Source: Bacteroides sp.
GTDB taxonomy: Bacteria > Bacteroidota > Bacteroidia > G022818785
Length of the DNA stretch: 16,443 nucleotides
Assembly: GCA_022818785.1 (NCBI GenBank)
Contig: CP063811.1
Span: 154,460 to 170,902, forward strand
Reading direction: 5' to 3'
Position 1 is the stretch's first letter, and every line of letters begins with the position of its first letter. Below, piece after piece: positions 7,778 through 15,078 of this stretch. Both the position numbers and the translations under genes were made by a program. Under the pieces are notes generated by a model. That model searched no databases, was not told the origin of the DNA, and saw nothing but the letters and a program-made list of their open reading frames with translations.

Positions 7778-8791
7778 ATGAAATTTATACCTAAAATAGG
7801 AATATCATCTGGTGATCCAAATGGTATTGGCTTAGAATTAGTTATTAAATTATTTGATAAATATAAATATATTTTAAAAAAAGCTATTATAATACTTTAT
7901 TGTTCTGAAAATATATTTAGTCAATATTTAAAATGTGTTAAAAATGACATTGACTACAAAGCTATTGATGATATTTGTAAATCTAAAATAGGTATTATTA
8001 ATATATATAATCCATGGAATAATATTAAAACAAATTTAACATTGGGTATTGCAAATAAATTATCAGGTAAACTATCATTTGAATCTCTTAATTGTGTATT
8101 AAAGCATGTTAGCAAATCATATTTAAATGCAATAATAACTCTTCCGATTAATAAATATTATATTAATAATTCTCAGTTTCAACAAGGACACACAGAGTAT
8201 TTACAAAAATATTTTATGGCTAAAGATACGTTAATGTTGATGGTAGGTAAAAAACTAAAAATAGGATTAATAACAAATCATGTTAAAATAAGTAATATTA
8301 TTAAGGAAATTAATGTTGAAAAAATTTTATCTAAATTATATTTACTAAATAAGGGATTATCTTCTTTATTTAATATTAAAAAACCTAAAATAGCTTTGTT
8401 ATCTATTAATCCTCATATAGGTGATAATGGACTTATTGGTAATGAAGATAATATAATTGTCGAAAAAGCTATTAAAATAGCTAGTGAAAATAATTTACAA
8501 GTATTTGGTCCTTTTGCAGCAGATAGTTTTTTTGCTTTTAAACAATATACTCAATTTGATGCTGTATTAGCTATGTATCATGACCAAGGATTAATACCAT
8601 TTAAATACATATGTCATAATGATGGAATAAATATTACTTTAGGTGTTCCAATAATTAGAATTTCTCCGGATCATGGACCTGCATACGATATATCTGGTAA
8701 AAATATATCCGATATTAATTCCTTCAAATCATCTATTACTAATGCTATCAAGTTATCTAATAATGTAAAAAAATTAAATATTACGATATAA
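7778..8791 (+). CDS. pdxA: 4-hydroxythreonine-4-phosphate dehydrogenase PdxA
   Basis: GISSGDPNGIG, TLPINK, GHTEYL, NPHIGD.G..G.E, GPFAADSFF, AMYHDQGLIPFK, SPDHG. ATG 7778 is preferred over TTG 7757, which overlaps the rsmA start. Confidence 0.93.
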   Translation: MKFIPKIGISSGDPNGIGLELVIKLFDKYKYILKKAIIILYCSENIFSQYLKCVKNDIDYKAIDDICKSKIGIINIYNPWNNIKTNLTLGIANKLSGKLSFESLNCVLKHVSKSYLNAIITLPINKYYINNSQFQQGHTEYLQKYFMAKDTLMLMVGKKLKIGLITNHVKISNIIKEINVEKILSKLYLLNKGLSSLFNIKKPKIALLSINPHIGDNGLIGNEDNIIVEKAIKIASENNLQVFGPFAADSFFAFKQYTQFDAVLAMYHDQGLIPFKYICHNDGINITLGVPIIRISPDHGPAYDISGKNISDINSFKSSITNAIKLSNNVKKLNITI

Positions 8792-8833
8792 TGTTTAATT
8801 TTATATTAATTAATTAAATTAAAATAAAAATTT

Positions 8834-9019
8834 ATGGCTCATCCTAAATCAAGAACTTCTAAATCTAGAAAAAATAAAAGAAGAAAAAATATCGCAATTT
8901 CAAATATTGCATTTAGAACTTGTAAAACAACAGGAGTAAATCATATTCCTCATAGAGCATATATAGTAAATGGAGATACATATTATAAAGGTAAAATTAT
9001 TATAAAAAATACTAAATAA
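8834..9019 (+). CDS. rpmF: 50S ribosomal protein L32 (single-Cys, non-zinc-ribbon type)
   Basis: MAHPKSRTSKSRKNKRR...CKTTGVNHIPHRAY...YYKG. Confidence 0.95.
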   Translation: MAHPKSRTSKSRKNKRRKNIAISNIAFRTCKTTGVNHIPHRAYIVNGDTYYKGKIIIKNTK

Positions 9020-9298
9020 TAATAATTTAAAATTAAATTATGTTATAAATGTAGATCATTATAGCTCTAGATATAACTTATTGAATTTTTAGTTTTTATT
9101 TGAGTATTTAATACTTTTGATGATAATTAGTATTTAATGTAAAAAAAAATAATATACAAGTTTAGTTATTGACAATATCAAACGATTTTATAGAGTTGAT
9201 TTAATGTATTGATAAGAAACTTATAATTCAATTTGTAAATTGGATATGTTATTATTATCAAGTTTTAAAGTTATATATGTAATATTAAGCACTAAATT

Positions 9299-10132
9299 AT
9301 GTTCAATATATTTTTTATTAAATACATAAGATATAGTTTAAATATCATTAAGGACAAATTCAGAAAAAATCATAATAATATGAATTTTTTTGATCATTTA
9401 GATATTTTAAGATGGAGTTTAATTAGATCTTTAATATTTATTTCAATTATTATGTTGATAGTATTTTTTAATAATGATTTATTTTTTAATAAAATATTAT
9501 TATATATAAATGATCCTAATTTTTGGACGTATAAACAATTAAACTATATTGGTATTAAAACACACAATGTAAAATTTAATATAATTAATACACACTTATT
9601 TGGTCAAGTATCATTACATATATACACTTCATTTGTAATATCATTCATTATAAGTTTTCCTTATATAATAAGAGAAATATGGATATTTATAAAACCTGCA
9701 TTAAATCATAATGAAATAAAATTAATACGCAACTATCTTTTTATAGCTATATTTCTATTTTATTTAGGAATAACTTTTGGATATTATATATTAGTTCCAA
9801 TTACAATTTCATTTTTAAGTACTTATATTGTCAGCAATTCAATTGCTAATACATATGTAGTGACTAATTATATAAGCACTATTATAAAAATGATTTTATT
9901 AAATGGATTGATATTTGAAATACCTTTATTGGTTCTTTTTGTATTAAAACTTAATTTAATAGATATCAATTTAATATATAAAAGCAGAAAATATATAATA
10001 GTACTAATATTAATATTATCTGCTATTATTACTCCATCCCCTGATGTTGTTACACAAATAATAGTAGCAATTCCTCTTTATATTTTATATGAAATTAGTA
10101 TATTAGTATGTATATATAGTAAAAAATATTAG
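9299..10132 (+). CDS. tatC: Twin-arginine translocase subunit TatC
   Basis: MNFFDHLDILRW, FPYIIREIWIFIKPAL, GLIFEIP, SAIITPSPDVVTQ, PLYILYEISI; multiple TM segments. Alternative start at 9380. Confidence 0.95.
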   Translation: MFNIFFIKYIRYSLNIIKDKFRKNHNNMNFFDHLDILRWSLIRSLIFISIIMLIVFFNNDLFFNKILLYINDPNFWTYKQLNYIGIKTHNVKFNIINTHLFGQVSLHIYTSFVISFIISFPYIIREIWIFIKPALNHNEIKLIRNYLFIAIFLFYLGITFGYYILVPITISFLSTYIVSNSIANTYVVTNYISTIIKMILLNGLIFEIPLLVLFVLKLNLIDINLIYKSRKYIIVLILILSAIITPSPDVVTQIIVAIPLYILYEISILVCIYSKKY

Positions 10133-10145
10133 AATTTAATTAAAA

Positions 10146-10583
10146 ATGATCAATATAGCTATTGGATCTGATCATAAAGGATTCTTACATAAGAATAAAA
10201 TAATCTCTTGCATTACCAATAATAATGATATCTTTATTAAAGATTTTGGAACATTTTCAGAAAATGAACCAGTTGATTATCCAGATATTGTACATCCAAT
10301 TGCAAAAAATATTATCAATAATAAATTTAATTTTGGTGTAATTTTGTGTGGTACTGGTAATGGAGTTGCTATCACTGCTAATAAATATAAACACATAAGA
10401 GCTGCGATATGTTGGAATCATGATATAACTTTGTTATCACGAAAACACAATAATGCAAATATATGCTGTATACCAGCAAAATTTATTCCATTAGAAATTG
10501 TTGCTAGCATAGTATGTACATTTATCAAATGTAATTTTGAATACGGTAGACATTTAAATCGTATAAAAAAAATAGAAATTTAA
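10146..10583 (+). CDS. rpiB: Ribose-5-phosphate isomerase B
   Basis: IAIGSDHKG, VDYPD, CGTGNGVAITANK, RKHNNAN, GRH. Confidence 0.95.
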   Translation: MINIAIGSDHKGFLHKNKIISCITNNNDIFIKDFGTFSENEPVDYPDIVHPIAKNIINNKFNFGVILCGTGNGVAITANKYKHIRAAICWNHDITLLSRKHNNANICCIPAKFIPLEIVASIVCTFIKCNFEYGRHLNRIKKIEI

Positions 10584-10592
10584 TATAAAAAA

Positions 10593-11981
10593 ATGAAATT
10601 TAGAAAAGAAAAAGATACACTTGGATCAATAAAAATTCCAATTGATAAATATTGGGGAGCTCAAACTCAAAGAGCTATTATGAATTTTGATGTTTGTACT
10701 CAAATAAATCCAATGCCAATAGATATAATTATTGCTTTAGCATATATAAAAAAATCATCATCTATTGCTAATTATCAATTAGGAATACTTGATATTGATA
10801 AAATGGAATTAATATCAAAAGTTTGTGATGAAATAATAAAGGGCAAATTAAATGATAATTTTCCATTAGGGATATGGCAAAGTGGATCAGGAACACAATC
10901 TAATATGAATATTAATGAAGTTATATCTTGTAGAGCACATGTAATAAATGGAGGTAATATAGAGGATACAATAAAAATATTGCATCCTAATGATGATGTC
11001 AATAAATCTCAATCATCTAATGATGTTTTTCCATCAGCTATGAATATTGCTGCATATAATATATTAAAATATAAAACTATACCTAGTATAGAAAAATTAA
11101 AAAATTCTTTTTTAGAAAAATCATTACAATATTCATCAATAGTAAAAATTGGTAGAACACACTTTATGGATGCAACTCCAATAACATTAGGACAAGAAAT
11201 ATCTGCTTATGTAGCTCAACTAGAATATGGAATTGATAGATGTAACAATATACTATCTAGATTATTAGAATTACCTATTGGAGGAACAGCTGTTGGCAAT
11301 GGTATTAATACTCCAAAAAAATTTGACCATTTGTCAATTAAAATATTATCAGATATAACAGACAATAATTTTACAATTAGTAAGAATAAATTTGAAGCTC
11401 TATCTACATGTGGATCTATTGTAGAGAGTCATTCTGCTTTAAAAATAGTTGCAATTAATTTAATGAAAATAGCTAATGATATTAGAATGTTATCATCAGG
11501 TCCTAGATGTGGAATAGGAGAAATTAACATTCCACACAATGAACCTGGATCATCCATTATGCCAGGAAAAGTTAATCCTACACAATGTGAAATGGTTACA
11601 ATGGTAGCTGCTCAAGTTATAGGTAATGATACTGCAATTAGTTTTGGAGGATCAAATGGACATTTTCAATTAAACGTATTTAAACCAATGATAATTAATA
11701 ACTTTTTACATTCTGCTGGTTTAATTAGCGATGCATGTGAATCATTTAGAAACAAATGTGTGTCAAGTATTACTCCCAATAAAATAAATATAGAAAACAA
11801 TTTAAAAAAATCTCTTATGCTAGTTACAGCATTAAATAAAATTATAGGATATGAGAAATCAGCTAAAATAGCTAATTACGCTTATAATAATAATTTAACA
11901 TTAAAAGAGTCAGCTATGGAGTTAAAATATATATCTAGTGATGATTTTGATAAAGCTATTAATCCAAATTATATGGTATAG
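10593..11981 (+). CDS. fumC: Class II fumarate hydratase
   Basis: WGAQTQR, WQSGSGTQSNMN, HPNDDVNKSQSSND, KIGRTH, GGTAVG, GSSIMPGKVNPTQCE. Confidence 0.97.
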   Translation: MKFRKEKDTLGSIKIPIDKYWGAQTQRAIMNFDVCTQINPMPIDIIIALAYIKKSSSIANYQLGILDIDKMELISKVCDEIIKGKLNDNFPLGIWQSGSGTQSNMNINEVISCRAHVINGGNIEDTIKILHPNDDVNKSQSSNDVFPSAMNIAAYNILKYKTIPSIEKLKNSFLEKSLQYSSIVKIGRTHFMDATPITLGQEISAYVAQLEYGIDRCNNILSRLLELPIGGTAVGNGINTPKKFDHLSIKILSDITDNNFTISKNKFEALSTCGSIVESHSALKIVAINLMKIANDIRMLSSGPRCGIGEINIPHNEPGSSIMPGKVNPTQCEMVTMVAAQVIGNDTAISFGGSNGHFQLNVFKPMIINNFLHSAGLISDACESFRNKCVSSITPNKINIENNLKKSLMLVTALNKIIGYEKSAKIANYAYNNNLTLKESAMELKYISSDDFDKAINPNYMV

Positions 11982-11986
11982 ATAAC

Positions 11987-12481
11987 ATGAATAATGTTTT
12001 AATAAAAGATATGAATAATATATTTTACTCTTATATAAAGAGTAAAATTTTGTACATTCAATATGATCATAATCTAAATACCTATTTTTTATTTATAAAG
12101 TATAATTATTTATTTGAAATATCATCTATACTTTATTCAAAAAAATGTTTTTATTTTGATTGTTTATCATGCTTAAGTTGTGTTGATTTTGGTTTGAAAA
12201 AAAATAAAATAGAACTAGTATATCATATGATATCTATTCCATATAATTATAGATTAACAGTTAAAATTTTACTTGATCGTGTTTTTACTATTAAAATAGA
12301 TTCAGTTTCTTCTATATGGAAAACAGCTGAATGGTATGAAAGAGAAATTTTTGATTTATTCGGTATATATTTTAATAATAATTGTAATATGAAAAGAATA
12401 TTATTGCCTGATGATTGGTATGGACATCCTTTATTAAAGGACTATAAACCTGATAAATATTATCATGGGATATTAATATAA
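11987..12481 (+). CDS. nuoC: NADH-quinone oxidoreductase subunit C (stand-alone)
   Basis: SVSSIWKTAEWYEREIFDLFGIYF...RILLPDDWYGHPLLKDY (Complex I 30 kDa subunit signature). Confidence 0.93.
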   Translation: MNNVLIKDMNNIFYSYIKSKILYIQYDHNLNTYFLFIKYNYLFEISSILYSKKCFYFDCLSCLSCVDFGLKKNKIELVYHMISIPYNYRLTVKILLDRVFTIKIDSVSSIWKTAEWYEREIFDLFGIYFNNNCNMKRILLPDDWYGHPLLKDYKPDKYYHGILI

Positions 12482-13033
12482 TTTATTTCCCCATCTATAG
12501 AAATTATTATCTATTGTATTTATTGATGTCAACATAAATATACGATCTACTACTGTTTTAATAACATCTGATATATTTTTAGGAATGCTATAAAAGGATG
12601 GTGTTGCTGGCAATATAATTCCACCAGCTTCAGTAATTGTTTTCATATTATTAATATGAATTATATTATAAGGAGTTTCTCTAATAACGAATACGATTTT
12701 TTTCCTTTCTTTTAACATAGCATCTGCACATCTAGTAATGAGATCAGATGATATTCCAGATGATATTCGTCCCAGTACTCCCATAGAACATGGAATTATT
12801 ATCATAGTATCATGTTGTGAAGATCCTGATGCAAATGGAGCTCTAAAATCATTATTATCATATATATTGTATTTTTTATAATCATCATTTTTTAATTCGT
12901 GATGCCATACATATTTAGCATTTTTAGACATTACAATAGAAATATCATACTCACATTGATTAATATGATTTAACAAATAATTAGCATATACAGAACCACT
13001 TGCTCCTGTAATAGCTATTACAATTTTTCTCAT
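12473..13033 (-). CDS. ubiX: Flavin prenyltransferase UbiX
   Basis: IAITGASGS, APFASGS, IPCSMG, DLITRCAD, LKERK, RETPY, PATPSFY. Confidence 0.94.
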   Translation of the reverse strand: MRKIVIAITGASGSVYANYLLNHINQCEYDISIVMSKNAKYVWHHELKNDDYKKYNIYDNNDFRAPFASGSSQHDTMIIIPCSMGVLGRISSGISSDLITRCADAMLKERKKIVFVIRETPYNIIHINNMKTITEAGGIILPATPSFYSIPKNISDVIKTVVDRIFMLTSINTIDNNFYRWGNKLY

Positions 13034-13104
13034 AAAATATTTACCAATATATTTTTTAATAAAAATTTTTATATATTCAAATTTATAAAATATTTATAAA
13101 ATTC

Positions 13105-14124
13105 ATGAAAATTAAAAAATCTATTTTAATTCTAGGAATAGAAACTTCTTGTGATGATACCTCGATAGCTATATGTCGTGATGGTAAAATATTAGTTAAT
13201 ATTGTATATAATCAATTAATACATAAAAATTATGGTGGTGTAGTACCAGAATTAGCTTCTAGAAATCATGAAAAAAATATTGTACCTACACTTAAGGTAG
13301 GTTTAAATAAAGCTAAAATTAATAAATATGATTTAGATGCAATATCATTTACAAAAGGTCCTGGATTATCAGGATCACTTTTAGTTGGTGTTTCATTTTC
13401 AAAAGCTTTAGCTATGGCCTTAAAAATTCCTATTATAGGATGCAATCATATTGAAGGACATATTATGAGCAATTACATTGATAATTGCCATTTAATTCAA
13501 TATCCCTTTTTGTGCCTAATAGCTTCAGGAGGCCATACACAGTTATATGTTATCAATAGTATAATGAATTATAATAAAATAGGAGATACTTTAGATGATT
13601 CTATTGGAGAAACTTTTGATAAATTAGGTAAATTTTTAGGATTTCAATATCCTTGTGGATCTATAATAGATAGATATTCATTTTATGGAGATAAAAACAA
13701 ATTTGTATTTTCAAAACCCAAAATAAAAGATTATGATTTTAGCTTTAGTGGATTTAAAACATCTGTAATATATTTTATTAAAAAACAGTTGAAGTTAGAT
13801 AGTAATTTTATAAAAAAAAATATAAATGATTTATGTGCGTCAATACAATACAGTTTAATTAATATTTTAACTGAAAATATATACAATGCAATTAAACAAT
13901 ATAATATAAAAAGTTTAGCAATTGCAGGAGGAGTAGCATCAAATAGTTTTTTAAGAAAAAAAATATATTTGATTGCAAAAACAATGAATTTAAATTGTAT
14001 TATTCCTAAAAAAGAATATTGCACTGATAATGCAGCAATGATTTCCATATTAGGATATTACAAATATTTGTTAAAACAATTTGATAAACAAGATATTCAT
14101 GCAGTATCTAGATTAAAATTATAA
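13105..14124 (+). CDS. tsaD: tRNA threonylcarbamoyltransferase TsaD
   Basis: LGIETSCDDTS, GGVVPELASRNH, GPGL.GSL.VG, HIEGH, SGGHT, DDSIGETFDK, FSFSG, GGVASN, CTDNAAMI. Confidence 0.97.
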   Translation: MKIKKSILILGIETSCDDTSIAICRDGKILVNIVYNQLIHKNYGGVVPELASRNHEKNIVPTLKVGLNKAKINKYDLDAISFTKGPGLSGSLLVGVSFSKALAMALKIPIIGCNHIEGHIMSNYIDNCHLIQYPFLCLIASGGHTQLYVINSIMNYNKIGDTLDDSIGETFDKLGKFLGFQYPCGSIIDRYSFYGDKNKFVFSKPKIKDYDFSFSGFKTSVIYFIKKQLKLDSNFIKKNINDLCASIQYSLINILTENIYNAIKQYNIKSLAIAGGVASNSFLRKKIYLIAKTMNLNCIIPKKEYCTDNAAMISILGYYKYLLKQFDKQDIHAVSRLKL

Positions 14125-14127
14125 CAA

Positions 14128-15078
14128 ATGTTTATTTTAATAATTACTAAAGATGAATTCATCTCTCATGATTTAATTATATTATTATTAAAAAAAGGAC
14201 ATAAAATACGATTTGTATATACAAATAAAAATTTGTCTTATACAAGATTAAATATTATTAATAATATAGAATTTATATATGGAAATGTATTTGATTGTAA
14301 TTTTTTAAGAGATGTAATGATTGACATTGATTATGTATATCATAATTATTCTTATGGGTTTCCATTATTTACTAATAAAGACAATAAATATATTTTTCAA
14401 TGCAATATACAAAGTACAAAAAATATAGTTAATGCATCTTTAAAAAGTAATATTAAAAAATTAATTTATATTAGTTCAGCATATAGCATGGGATATATAA
14501 AAAAGAATAATACTTATTACGCTAGTGAATCATATAGCACTCATAATATATATGACAACATGTGTTCTTATGCTAAGAGTTTATATTTAAGTGAATGTGA
14601 AATATGGAGAGGTATAGCAGAAGGATTAGATGCTATTATAATTAATCCTACTAATATTATAACAAGTAATTGTTATCCAAATATTATAAATATACTTTAT
14701 TACCATTTAAAACAAAAAATATATTTATATAATTCATATTATTACAATGGATACATAGGTTTAAAAGATTTAGTTATAATTTTAATAAAATTAATGGAGA
14801 GTAGTATTTGTAATGAAAAATTTATTATTAATGCAGAAAACATAAAATTGAAAGATATGTTCAGTTTTATATCTCAACATAATAATATTGAATATAATTC
14901 AGTAAAACAATCAAATATAAAAGACATTTTTCACTTTTATTTAAAAAAAAGTGAAAAATTTAAACCATTAGATATGCTATCCAAAAGAAATATAATTTTT
15001 AATAACACAAAAATCAGACAAGCAATTGATATAAAATTTCATTCTATAAAAGATATTATATTAAGGCCAAATGCCTAA
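14128..15078 (+). CDS. NAD-dependent epimerase/dehydratase-family (extended SDR) protein with degenerate catalytic motifs
   Basis: Motif order matches an extended SDR: IEFIYGNVFD, IDYVYH, NIQSTKNIVNA, KLIYISS, YAKSLYLSECEIWRGIAEGLDAIIINP, GYIGLKDL, EKFIINAEN. Confidence 0.8.
   Translation: MFILIITKDEFISHDLIILLLKKGHKIRFVYTNKNLSYTRLNIINNIEFIYGNVFDCNFLRDVMIDIDYVYHNYSYGFPLFTNKDNKYIFQCNIQSTKNIVNASLKSNIKKLIYISSAYSMGYIKKNNTYYASESYSTHNIYDNMCSYAKSLYLSECEIWRGIAEGLDAIIINPTNIITSNCYPNIINILYYHLKQKIYLYNSYYYNGYIGLKDLVIILIKLMESSICNEKFIINAENIKLKDMFSFISQHNNIEYNSVKQSNIKDIFHFYLKKSEKFKPLDMLSKRNIIFNNTKIRQAIDIKFHSIKDIILRPNA

Noticed and set aside
9167-9177. TTGACA within the palindrome TATTGACAATA
   Set aside because: No -10 hexamer at 16-18 bp spacing, and the Bacteroidota primary sigma factor uses -33/-7 elements.
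9278-9307. dif-like XerD arm (TTATGTTCAAT; also TTATGTTAAAA at 1401-1411)
   Set aside because: No matching XerC arm at 6 bp spacing. Both coincide with start codons and are expected by chance in AT-rich DNA.
10775-11002. 75-aa minus-strand ORF
   Set aside because: Antisense shadow of fumC.
13081-13102. Tandem ATTTATAAAAT x2 upstream of tsaD, and a 9 bp AT inverted repeat after rpmF (9022-9041)
   Set aside because: Short, pure A/T and plausible by chance; too weak to call an operator or terminator.
13731-14048. 105-aa minus-strand ORF
   Set aside because: Antisense shadow of tsaD.
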